From Lytechinus pictus (Eukaryota), in assembly GCF_037042905.1 (NCBI RefSeq), contig NC_087245.1, positions 40,612,001 through 40,676,000 of the forward strand: a stretch of 64,000 nt of DNA, given 5' to 3'. The position numbers were made by a program, and so were the translations under genes. Shown here piece by piece: positions 13,244 to 26,333 of the stretch. The notes beneath the pieces are model-generated. The model was given only the letters and a program-made list of their open reading frames with translations, was not told the origin of the DNA and searched no databases. Each line of letters opens with the position of its first letter. The first letter of the stretch is position 1.

Positions 13244-15605
13244 CTGATGTGAGCATGGAATCCGTATGGAAGATGACAGAATGTGAGAGGGAGCAAAGAG
13301 TGTACAAATATACAAGATAGCAAGATTTCTGCAAAGCAAAATAATTCAGGCAGGCACCGTATTGAATGAAGCATGAATGGAAAAAAGCTGGCACATGATC
13401 CATGGTATTTTGATAGAGAAGAGTGACTTTCAAAGCTCATTGAAGTCTGAAATGACATCATTTCCATTTACTCAATTGCACAAGAACAAGGGCAGAAGCC
13501 ACAAACAAAGCTAACTTTTGAGGACATTATCCCAATCTCTACTTTCCTAAAAAGAAATTAAAAAAATCTTTAAAAAAAATTACACTGAATTAATAATATT
13601 CATAATAAAATAAAAACCTAAGAAAAGAAAATATCATTTGGAGGGGAATAGAAAGAGAGAAAGGCATTTTAGATGGAGATCCTTAGACAACAAAGTATAG
13701 CAGTAAGTGAGAAAAGTCTTCAAAGAAACATATATATGGTAAAGAAAGACAGAGAGAGAGAAAAAGGGAGCCAGGGCTTGTGACTAAGGAAGAGAGAAGG
13801 ATATAGAATGATAATGATTGGTGAGAGACAGACAGAGATAGAGAAAGAGAAAATGGTGAGTGAGGAAGATGTAACCCCTTGAAACGGACAAAGAGTTCAG
13901 GACCCACGTGGCACAACTATTTTGAACTTGGGCTCGCCAAATATGGGAATTCCATCTCATATTAGATAAATGAAGAATGGAGAGATTTACACAAACTTCC
14001 TGTGCCTAGGGTCATCGCAGGTCGCAAGCTTGATAACTCATCAATCGCCCAATTTTCTATTCTCCGCTCATAAAGAGGAAGCACAAATATTTTCTTTTTT
14101 GTAAATTGCAACAATGGAAAGAATTCATTGACAGAAATCATTCACCACAACTGAGCAGTGGATTGGCTCAGTAATAAATTGTAATGTAATCTACAATTTT
14201 CTATTTTCTAAACAGTGCAGTTGAAAACCGATCCTTTAATTTGAATATTCTATGATTTGGTTTCACCTTGAACAACCTTATTTTTTTACTTTCTTTAATT
14301 TTTAGAGAATATACATGTAAACAAACGTAAATAGGAGACTTTAATATGAATTTTCAAATATGAGGTTTGAGTTTATATATATTTTTGTAAAGGGATTTCA
14401 AGTTTTGAAGCATACATTTAGTCTCCATAAAGATGAATAGCAGTCAAGAACAACTAAAGGTCACTCTTTGGCGCAAGTCAGAGCACCAATTCACCCTCTA
14501 CAGGAAAACATCCCATGCTGTGACGTAAATTTGATAAAGCAGCTTCTCTGATAAAAGCACCTTAAAGGTTCATGTCCGCTTCATTGTGCCTTCGACCCCA
14601 ATCTTCCAGGATATGGCTAGTAACTGGAACAGGTATTACAGCCAAGACGGCACATGCTAAATTAGCATACCAAATGGAGTACTGGCAGGGATGGGCACTC
14701 TCAGTATTACTGTACTGCCAGAAAATTTCCAATTGAAAATCCATATCTATAAATTGAAAGAAATGACTGAGCCCGATCGCGAGACAGCGTGATAGCGAGA
14801 GCATTTCAGAGATGAGGATAAAGGACTGAAATAGAGATACAGATACAGATGGGAAGATAAGGCAATGCCTTTCATGTTTTAGCTCCTTGACCCAGTCTCT
14901 ATCCCATCTCATGTGCTGCAATGGCTGTGTCCAGTTTCCTATCAATGCCAAGAAATGGCAACAGTCTGTGCGGATGCATTCTGTCTCCTTGATCTAAATG
15001 GGACCCATATTCCTCAATTTATGATGCGAAATGAAAAGAGCACATGTAGATTGTTTGGGACGCCTAACGAGATGGGTATGCATGCAGGATTCGGCAGGAT
15101 TTTTAAATGACAAATTCTCGTTTCGGCTATGCAGGCCATTTTTAGACATGTGCAAGTGAACGCACAAGTGAAACCGAAACCGCTATCGGTACTTGTTTTA
15201 TTATCTGAGACACTTCCTTTCACCAAGTTTCAATTTAAAAATATTCTACACTTTTATTTTTCTTAAGTTCACTTCAAGTGAAAGTTTGCAAGTATTGGAC
15301 AACAGTCTTTTTTGTTAAGCTGTAAAATATAAGTACATAGGCTATCTATTTCCTTTTGAAATAATAGGCCAGGGAGGAGTTACACCAGTTATATACAGTA
15401 CATATGTATGTTGCAATCTCTGGAAAGACACATCCATGAATAGCTTTTTATGAAGAATGGCTTTTTGTTGTACAAAAGGTATTTGATACCCAGTATCAAA
15501 CAGCAAATGTTGAATGAATACATCAATTTGCAATTTTTACCATCAAATTATCTGCTCATACAAGACAAGTAGTTGCCAAAATAAATGAAAAAAAACTGAT
15601 CCCTG

Positions 15606-15738
15606 GGGAGCGTTTCATGTAGGGTTTTGTCTGAGATTTTCACTGACTAATTTGCTCTCAGCCAATCAGATGCAAGGATTTCAATAGCTTATAACAATTT
15701 TTGATGTGAATCACTATTTGTTGCATGAAAATGCTCCC
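15606..15738 (+). mobile_element. Harbinger-like MITE, CCAAT family, copy 4
   Basis: TIRs GGGAGCGTTTCATG / CATGAAAATGCTCCC, with core AGCCAATCAGATGCAAGGATTTCAATAGCTTATAACA. Confidence 0.7.
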
Positions 15739-18700
15739 CTTGATGTCTGTGCATAGGAACAGAGCAGCTATGAGCAAACCAGGTTTGACACCAAAACTAC
15801 CCCCTTCCTCTCCCATCCGACTCCACGTGGGAATCTTCTAAAATATTTCACACAAGATCATATGGCTAGGTTGGGGAATGCACCGAAGTATAGAGCTCTG
15901 TGAGCTATGCTGTATTCACACAGGAAAAAAAACGTTTTGAATTGTAAACTTCATTAACTAAATTCTGCAATTTTATTAGTTGAAATTGGGTTCCTTTTTC
16001 AAAAAAATATATTCTATCAATAAATATTTCTTATCTGTAATTAAAAAAAATAATCTACAAAATATTGTATTTCTAATCAAGAGATCAAGAAGTCTGGTAA
16101 TAATACAGCACTAAAGGAGAAAAATATCATGTAAAATTATTTCACCAATAGTTTGCCGAGTGTGTGCAATATTTTTAGGCAGGAATAGCCTTATAATTAT
16201 GGTCCTGTCTTTTTTTTTTTTTCAAAGCAACCCAACTAATGAAAATTCTCCAATTAATTGCAAAAATGATGAAAAGCAACATAGATTTCTACCATGTGAT
16301 ACAGATAATTATAAGTTTTATGAAACGTGGCCTGAATCTTAATGCACTTAGGATCTTCAGATGATGTGAACAAGGTACTGAGTCAGGCAAGGGGCCATGT
16401 AATTGACATTACACTCCTACCCCATAGAAACAGCTGTTCAGATGGGATGATGTCAGCATTGGGGAAAAGAAAGAGAGTGGGAGACATGAGTGTTATATAG
16501 ATGCAGAGAGGTTTAATAGAAGAAAGAAAGTTGGAAAGGTAGAAAGTCAGAAAAGCAGCATGGAGCTGGTGAGATGCATTTAAAGGAATCTGCAAAGGAC
16601 TGCACACAATTACAAGTAATGGAGGATACAGCTAGGGATGGAGAATTGGTAAAGTGACAAAGAAAGAGTGAGTGGGAGAGATCGAAGGGGAAGGACAGAG
16701 GAAAAGATGTAGATTTTGGGAGATGGCACAGAGAGGTCTCTGCATTCTTGCTGGTTGGCAGTGAACTTGGAGGCCGACTATGCAACAGAGGATTGCAGGC
16801 GCATTAGTCACCAAGAAAATGCCAATTACCCTGGTCTGTGTGGGTTCAGCTGAAAAGGAAGAGGAGAAGGAATGATAGAGAAAAGAGAGAGCAATAGGAA
16901 GACACCAGGCCTAGGGAATATAAGAAGAGAAAGTACATATAGCACCACAGTGGGATAAAGGAAAGCTTTGACTTTAATAATTCCAGGACTTAGAAGCAAT
17001 AACATGGGCAAAGCACGATGGCAAAATATGATGGAGAAACTCAAAGCTGTATCTAAAAATTACCTTCTAATTGAAGGAATACTCAGCAAGTGATGAGGCT
17101 CATTCAAAGGTAGCAAAGGGAATGACACAATTCACTGTATGGGTATCAAACAGGGTTTGGAAGTAATCATAATCAAATGCAGGTGAGATGATACTAAAAA
17201 TATTAGAAGCAAAAGATAAATGATGATATGAGAATTCGCATAGTGGTGAGAGGGGGAAAATGAGGGGAGGTGGAATATAGAATAGGAATGAAGAATGCCG
17301 TCATCCAGTAGCGGGGTGGAACTGTGGCGCAAAAATGCAGATACGAAGGCGCTGATGACATATCCGACTCCAGTCCCCTCATTAATGGGATGAGCACGAG
17401 TAGTCGTCAAGAGACAAGATGAATCAGAAAACAGCCGTTTGATCTGCAAAATGTACTCATTGACGTTCAAATTATTCATCAGCGCAATCAGCAAGCCTCT
17501 GGTTTAATCGCTTTACAACTCAGCCAAGGGAACACAAGCATTATATTCTACCAAAGGCATTTGACCTCGGACTTCTTTTTTTGATGAAAGTACAAGCATT
17601 GTCAGGGAGGGTGATGAAAGATGGAAACGAATAGATGACATGTTGGAATATGATGGGCAAAACTGCAATATCAATATGCATCAGAGATAGTGTATTTTAT
17701 TTTTTGTAACTTTTTTTAAATATTTATTTTACTTGCCAAGACAGGGAACTTTAAATCATCATTTATCATTTTCATTTTCAAAGCTTAAATTTGACTTTAT
17801 TTTCAAATGTAAAAGACGGGCATTGAGGAGATATTCCAGGGTAAATGTAAATATTTTGACTAATCAATTTCAACCATTATTCATTATAGCCACTTACAAA
17901 CTTGCCTGTCATGTTTGGTAGCCAATTTAAATACCGGTTCAGTTTTTCAATGGTTGCAAACTTAAGATAACCAGTTGCCATACAAAATGTTCAGTAAGTG
18001 GTCAAAGGCCAAAGGAAGCACCTTGGTATGCAATAAGTGCTCTGCTGATAACAAAAAGATAACTCTCTCCATTTAAGGTCACAAGACCCCTTGTTCACCT
18101 TGGGATTTGGAATCATCTCTCTAGTGTGGGCAAATGAAGACAAATTATCTCTCAATGAATAATTGGTCAGTTTGCACCATCGCCTAAATCACAAGGCGAC
18201 CCTGGTTTATTTTCGAGATCTGACAGTCCTCTTCGCAAGACTTGCAAAGACAATACACGAGGGAATGACAAATTAGCAGGCGGCTAATAACCAGGGTATA
18301 TCCAGTGCACCAGCCTATATGTAGCAAGGTGATACACCAGTAGATTATAACACACTATGAAAGACCTTTAGAGGTGAAAGTGCTGGTTTAGGATTAGAAG
18401 GTTGCAACCTCACATTACTTTAACGTCTAGAGCGCCCTTATGCCACAAAATCATATGACACGGATCACAGGGTGTAATCATAGCATGCTTTCTAGGTGAA
18501 TCCTTGTTTGTTCGGGACAAAAAGGCAACCAAACAAGCCACCAGAGCACTTTCTTAGCCAATCAAAATATGCTTGATCGTCTGGTGACCGGCCAAAAATT
18601 CTGATTTCTATACTGAAGTAAAAAGGATAGATAGAGATGTATCAGTTCTTGTCATCATTGATGGACTTAATAATAAATCTATTCTTGTCAGGTATAAAGA

Positions 18701-19807
18701 ATTGGAGGCATAGATAGCAAAAGCTAGTCAGCGACGTTAATGATTTGTTGGTTACAAGAAGTTCTATTCAGTAACTCTGAATCCAACCCTCCTGAGGAAA
18801 GTGCAACTTAGTCTTCAACTTTAGTCCTGACTCCTAGACTGACTACCTATGTATTAGATTTATTTTTTAACTTTTTAGGCCCTAAAATTGTCTATCGATC
18901 AGATGACTGTTCAACTTCAAGTTATACTGGCGATTTCAGAAATCGTAATTATTTCAGTAGTTTTTTAACTAGTAGTAGTACCTAGATCTACTCCACCATG
19001 CTGGACCATAAATTAATCAATTTTAAGCTACATTCACAACATAACATATAATTTTAACTGAAGGGATGATTAACAAAATCTCAATACTATCAGTCACTCA
19101 GTCTCACTCTCAGACTAGTTCAACATCTTCACCAGATATCACTAACACAAATAACTGCACATGGGACTGTAAACTATTCTTGCAAGTTGAATGATTCAGT
19201 ACATAAACACATTGTCAAAGAGTGAATTTGAATTACCTTATTTCAAAATGAAGTGAGCGGGTTTTTTCTTTAAACTACCATTCAACTGGCGGAACCTTCA
19301 AACACTTTCCTTGTGATATTTAAGACTACTTTTTCAGCGAGTTTCCAAGCGAGATCGTGAGAATACACATGTTGGTCGGTCATCAGCTGATCGCATACAT
19401 GCGCGCGCAAATTGCGCATATGCGCATGCATGCTAAATGAACTTTTTGCACCCAGCTAGCTGCTATCTTATCCCGGGTTTTATTGAATCCCCTCTTCTGC
19501 CAAAAACCTGTGACTTTTCTATCTTCAAAATCAATGAACTTTGCCCTATTATCGTGATTATGCCCATAGCCCCCCCCCCCCCTTCATCGATAATTTCTCT
19601 TTAAAAAAAATCATTCTATCTTCCTTTTTTCGAAGATCTAATTCTACTTTATAATGGGGGTGTTTCTACATTGAAATTATCAATATTTCACACAATACCG
19701 CCATCAATCAACCCTTTCATTTCGAAATATAATCCTTATCGATAGGATACTCCCATCATCGTGGGTGTACAAAAGATCGTTCGATTTTTTTGCTCCCTTT
19801 TCACTTA

Positions 19808-19910
19808 TCTTCTTCAGTTTTCACTTATATCTCCTCCTCCTTCTCTTCTTCTTCTTCATCTTCTTCTCCTTCTTCTTCTCCTTCTTCTTCCTTTTCTTTT
19901 CCTTTTCTGC
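19808..19910. repeat. (CTT)n low-complexity tract
   Basis: Directly visible. Confidence 0.85.
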
Positions 19911-21124
19911 CTATTCTTAATCGTTTTCTACTTTCCCATTTTCTTCGAGTTCTTCTCCTTTTTAAAAACCAATTCTTTTTGTCTTCGGCACTTCAACAAT
20001 CTTCACCATTAAAAATGGATTATTTAACCTGCATGCCTTTTATTTTTTATCAGTCAAGAGTAGGAAAGGTCTATATGCCTATATCTTTCATAAAAGATAT
20101 AGAATCAATAATCATCAGCACGGGTTTCGGTCGATATATTTCTAATTCGTCCGGGGAATAGGAGACTGTTGAATTTTTCATGGTTTAGCGATAGATATAA
20201 GGAGGGAAATACAAGCAAGAGATTAGAATATCTGTAAAATCGATTGAGGGCAATTTGACGTTGCCTATTTAAGGATCGGGTAATGACGGAAATGATAATA
20301 CTCATGGTGCAAGGGTCCCCTAAATAATTCACAAGCCGTCAGTGCCAATTCCATCGGATGCTTTATACAGGCAATACAAATCTTGTGGGGGCTCGTGTAA
20401 GAAGTTGTTCTGCTGAACTTTATGGATGGTTAAAAAATGGGGGCATCTCTGAACCGCAAACCCTGCGGGCAACTGTCTTGAAGTGAACCTTTGGAGGAAG
20501 TGTAGTAATTAGCTCAATAATCAGCCCCCTTTTGGAAGTATGATTTTTTTTTTTACAGAGTTTAGAAAAAAATATTTGCCCCCCAAAAAATATATATATA
20601 TATATATATATTGGGCCCACCCCTCAGAAAGAAATTTAATTTACATTGTTTGCAGAGATGAAATAAAACCCACTTCTGAAAGAACAAAGAAATGTAAAAA
20701 GGCCTAGCATCATGGCTATAGTTTTTAACATTATGAAGAATGAAAATGTTATTGACATTTTAAAATGATACAAATGGATACCTTTTCTAAAGTATGGCTG
20801 CAATATCATTTAAGTATATCAATCTTATCAAAATTAGCAACATCTCTCGAACATGCATCATGATTTTTTACTAAAATCTAGTTTCTTATTTGCATTCTTT
20901 TTTTTTCTTTCTTTCTATTTTTTTTTGGGGGGGGGGTTGATGCTTTTTCATATTTGAGTGGGACCAGTATGAATGACTTGTATTTCGGTTTTCAGTGACA
21001 TTTCTTCTGAGATGCTACACAACTTGACATGGCTTACCTGTTCACTGTGTGCAGGACTGTATAAGTTACATGTATACACCGACACAAAAGAATGAAATGG
21101 TTTGATTTATTTGCCATAAAGACA

Positions 21125-21331
21125 CACTGTAAAAACAAAAGTGTCAAAAACAACACGAGTCGGTGTTCTGGGAGGACCACATCGTAAGGTGTTAAAACAT
21201 ACACCGTTGGTGTTTGAACATGATATCAAAAGGTGTTAAAATAACATAAATTATATCTAAATGGTGTTGAAAACAATGCTTGGTGTGGTCCTCTCCGACT
21301 GGTGTCGTTAAACACCGCTGATTTTGCAGTG
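21125..21331. mobile_element. CACTA/EnSpm-like MITE (diverged)
   Basis: CA|CACTGTAAAA ... TTTTGCAGTG|CA with a 2-bp TSD. Internal AACAC/GGTGTT subrepeats resemble those of the 5863 element. Confidence 0.7.
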
Positions 21332-22609
21332 CAACAACCAGATACTTTGTTAAAAATAAACATTTACACCAACACAAGTCTAATTAATTTAGCTCCTAAA
21401 ACATTTTTTTTTCATTAAAGATCTTAACAATATTGGAGCAGTGAGTTCTGTGAATTCATTGCAAGGCCTATAATACACGTAATGGTGAATGGAAGGATAT
21501 AATTCATATTCTAGAACGTCCCACCTCAAAAGAGTGCTCAAAATATATATATATAAAATGGCAATAGAATTTCAAAACTGGGGAAACAAGTTAGTACCAT
21601 GCATGCCCTGACCATGCATTATAACAAAATGTAATACAATTCATCAGATTTACTCATAATTATTATTTCGCAATATTATTCTTTATTGATATGTGATTCA
21701 AAAGGCTTATTTAAAATGATCATGATGATGAATAATATCAAGATGATACCTTTCACATTATAACAAAAAATATCCCACGGCATCAATTCATTGGTGTATG
21801 CATAAGTAAAAGAATTTCGAGGTTTGTTTCACAAGAAAATTGAAGGCACTTTAAACAACACAAAATAAGAAAGGAATACGCTAGCTGCAAAGATATAGAT
21901 ACTATCAAAAAAAATCGGACAAATTTTCACTAGACGCCAAAAACAATCAATTGTCAATCGATTCTAAGACACTCTAAACATGCATAGAAAAATTTGATAT
22001 TGAGAGTTTATTGCAATCAAAGAGGGGCGAGAGTCATTACGAATCAATCAGGGGAAGTTATTTTGGAAAAGCAACCCAAATATTGGCGCGCCAAAAATAT
22101 GAGGCAAATTGATGTAGAATTTAACTTGGAACCAACCAGTTTCCCCGGACAAAGGAATCCTATTTACATCTATTTGGAATCTCAAGTGCATTATCACGAA
22201 GTCCCCCGTTAGAAAAGTATAATTTTCTTTATTTTGAAATTATAGTGGAAAGAATTTGAGTTGGGTTTTTAGCAGAATTCACATCACACACCACTGCAAA
22301 ATCGCGAAGATATGGATAAGGTAAATAAATAAATGAATACAGAAGGAAAATAGATCAACAAAAAAATAAATGAAAACAGAAACAAGAAACAAAGCAATCA
22401 ACTTGAAAGACACAGAGAATAATAATTGGTTTGTGTTCAGCAATGAAACACTGAAGGGACGAGCTAACAGTTTGATACATATGGCACTCACACGCCACAA
22501 AAATGTCAAAGTAAAAAAAAAATAATAAAAAATCTAGAATTTCACTTCACAAAACTCCAAGAAAAATCACGCATTCTCTCGAACCTTTAATTGCGGCCTT
22601 TTTAACGGC

Positions 22610-22690
22610 AAATAGTTGTCATGGGCGTGGTTCAGCGCCATGGCAACTGTGAAGTGGGCGTAGTTTCGTTACCATGGTTACTGTCACCTA
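22610..22690. promoter_or_regulatory. RFX X-box and Sp/KLF motif cluster
   Basis: GTTACCATGGTTAC (22668-22681), GCCATGGCAAC, GTTGTCATGG, plus GGGCGTGG and GTGGGCGTAG, all within 80 bp. Confidence 0.55.
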
Positions 22691-25600
22691 ACAAATGGGA
22701 AAGGGTGATAGATTAAGATATAAATTAAGAGTGAATAGAACTCGACAGAATATCAAGTGCATGATCTAACTTAGGGGCAGTACCCAATACACCAGCATAA
22801 TAATTCAATACGAACACCGTTTCCCCGCAGTTAACCCACAAACAAAATAATGACACAAGCAATCTACATCCACAAAACAACAATCACATAAGATTTATTT
22901 CACATACTTCTGATTCTAAATGAAAAAAATATTCTTTATTGTTACATTCATCTTCCATAGAGTCTTTGATTTCTCTAATTTACTACTGATGTGCATTTGA
23001 TCTTGCTGTGGACTCTTAAAATGAAAAAAAAATATTGCCAAGAGGCTGACAAAAAACAGATCGAGTACATACATAACAATGAATTCCTTCTCAGCGAATC
23101 GTTCTGTTTCTACAACATTTATTTTGCATATCAATCCCTAACACTTACTTAGAAAAACACATCATAGTACAAAAATGATATCATATTATATCCAAATTCG
23201 GGGTTACCATGGTTATCAGAGAATCAAGGTGCACATGATTATATTTGTGAAAAGATCTCCAAATTTAGATGAAGGAATGTTTCCTCCGGAAAGGCAAAAC
23301 CTATATCATATTGCCATCATGTCATGGATACATGTCCGTCTAGTACTCAGGTATCCCGTGACCTCATGGTCAATAGATCAGGATATAGAAAGGTCGTGAA
23401 CTAGGGTGAAGGAGAGAGAAAGAGAGAGGGGGTGGCAAGAAGAGAGGAGGAATTGAGTAAAGAAATGGAAATAGACAAAGAGGAACGTATGAACTGGAAG
23501 TAAACGGTATAGACGGAAAAAGGGAAATCGAAAAGTAAAGGATAACAGTAGAATAGACAATAGACAGTGGAAAGATGAGACGAAGGAGAAGAGTAAAGGA
23601 GAGGGGAGAGAAAGAGGACGAAAGAGATGTGGGAAGAGGGAGAAAGAGATGTGGGAAGAGGGAGAAAGAGGAAGTGAGAGGAACAAAAATAGAAACAAAG
23701 AAGCGGAGATTTGGAAAGGAACGTCTGACACCCAGGAGGAATACTACTATAAAATTGGCCTACATCTCTTAAACTTTGTATTGGAATTGTTAATATGAGA
23801 CTTAAAACGTTGAAGGACTGTCGATGGAAATGGTTTTAGAGGAAAGAGAGTAGATGGGGGCGTGGCCATGATACCGGCGAAGTCCGAAACGAAATGCCAG
23901 GGTCAGGACCAAAGGTCGGGACCCCCCATTGATATCACTGGCGATATCCAATTTCAGGTCGCGTGCCTTCGTCACCAAACTGTCCATGAGTTCGGTTTGG
24001 ACACCTTGGCCACGTGGTGACCGTTTATCAATCATCCACAGCACCTCAGTCTCGAGCAGGGTTAGGCTCGTGCTACCAGTCATCACCATGATCGCGACAC
24101 CAGGCGTGATGACCGCATCATCGACAGAAAAAGCTCATCACAATGTCCTCAACATGCGGACCTGATTTAAAGGGAGGGGACACCCTGTTCAACAGTGTGG
24201 TACCGGCACAAGTGAGGTAGGGGATATGACTTTGGCTAGGTCGTAACTTATGCCATCCAAAGAGATTCCTTCTCCCTATATTGCAGGTACTTGAAAATTG
24301 AACCATTTCGCAGATCGGATGCTTATTGCACATGTCATTTTTTACCGTCAGTTTCTAGTTTGATACATTTTTATTATAGAAAAAAAGGGTGTTTTTTTAT
24401 TTTTACGTAAGCCATGAAGTCTGTTACACCTCAACAATCACGTCACAACAGCCTGATGCAATTTTCAAGTTTCAATGAACATGATGAAGCTGGGAGTTTT
24501 GGGGGTTTTTGGGGTGAAGCGAAGCGTTTTATTAATCCTTATGCTTACTTTTTGGTAATTCATACCGAAAAGACATAACCGAAAACAACAATTAAATGGC
24601 GGAGGATATAATTTTGACCAGTAAATTAAAATTACATGTTAGTCCAGTCCGAGTCATACAAAAATTGGCGCTGAGTGCTCTTGTTGTGGTGCAATGTTCT
24701 GCCATGGAGCTACTAACGGATGGTTCTGCCGATGTTTCACTGTAATGCATGTCGAACATCCAGTCATCCAGCAATCGCCATTTAGGCCTACTAGAGAAGG
24801 GGGGGGGGTGGGTGAAGTAGCAGACTTTTTTTTAATCCAGAAACGGGTTGAAATCGAGTCAATCATATAATTTCTGCAAGCACGTGACAGAGCTGCAAAG
24901 GCAATTAACAGGGTCCTTGGTAAACAAAGTATCGTGAAAAAAAACCGAGTGTTGAAAAGCGCAAAATTAGTCAGAATAATAATACGATGGATGGTGGAAT
25001 GCTCCATGTATAGAGAGCAATTTGTTAGATTGAAAGAGAAAAGAGAGAGAAATTCAGGGGTTATTCAGCTTTTTTTATGCAAGCAATGCTTCTTTTCAAG
25101 TTCCTGTTGGCAAAAAATAACTCTATTATTATGAAACATCGTCAAGACCTACCTTGATTCTGACAATGTATCAGGTATTGGTCAAGCATTATCAACTTCG
25201 GATCTGGAGAGATATAATTTTTCCTATCACAAAAAGGGAAATAGTTTATCAGTTTACATTTCCTTGAAATGTCAATATATACCCCAGTATTCATTCTTGC
25301 TCACCCCCCCCCCCCCCCGAAAAAGACTACTACAGATCAAGAAACGCCCGTCAAGCAACGGATCTTTTTGCCAAAGCACTTTTTGGAGTCAGAATGCTGA
25401 AATCAAAAAGATATAAATGTTACCTTTATTTACAAGCCTTTGTCACATGTACTGGTCTGGAAATACTTGAATGCAATAATTTTACGGAGAGCGCTCGGAT
25501 CAGATATTGGGGTTTAAAAAGAGCCCTCTTTTATTTATCTAGAGCAGGCGGGTCATTAGCTAGACACAATGAACGTTTAAGGATACATTACACACTGTCT

Positions 25601-26302
25601 GCGTTCTTTTTTTTTAATTCAGGAACTAGAAATGGAATATATCGGGGTTGGATGGTGGGTGGAGAGAGAGAGAAGGAGGGGGGGGGTGGATGTACGAGTC
25701 AACAACCTTTTTGAGAAGTGGTCAAACTATCTCTCAAGAATCTTTTTATAGGCAATTTTGTGATAGGTTTTCAGAGGACCTTGTATAGATTTATATTTGA
25801 AATTCTGTCATAATCATCAGATCTACACCGACCAAAAGGCGTATCATTGCGAAAATGAATTTAAAAACAAATTATATGGCCATTTATACGATTCAATGTG
25901 GTTTTCACTGACGTAATCGGTTCAGAAAAAGGGCACTCTGACTGGTGTGGCTCAGAGATCTCAATTTTATGGTGTCATCTTTTTTGCTTTAGTAGATCGT
26001 AATATGAGAGGATGATAAAGAGCTGTTCTAAGCATTTAAAAAATAATAAAACCACGTGTGTACCATAACGTGCACATTAAAGCTGTATATAAAGTCTAAA
26101 GTTATTTAATCAGTAGGATAATATTTGCCAGACTGCACTTTTTGTAATCGTTTATCAAGAAAAAAAAACAGGACATACGTCTGTACCCTCACTGTTAATT
26201 ACGGATCTGAGTACATTTTGGAATCTATATAATTATGCCAGTATGCAGTGCAAGAGCCAGCTAGTGAATAAACCAAATTACGACAGCAACGGAGAGATAG
26301 AT

Positions 26303-26333
<31 letters not shown>

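Noticed and set aside
19761..20161. Leu- or Ser-rich ORFs (similar ones at 23378, 40048 and 52231)
   Set aside because: Products of CT/GA-rich low-complexity tracts.
23802..24089. 95-aa minus-strand ORF
   Set aside because: No recognisable domain, and it is blocked by a stop codon upstream of the nearest acceptor.
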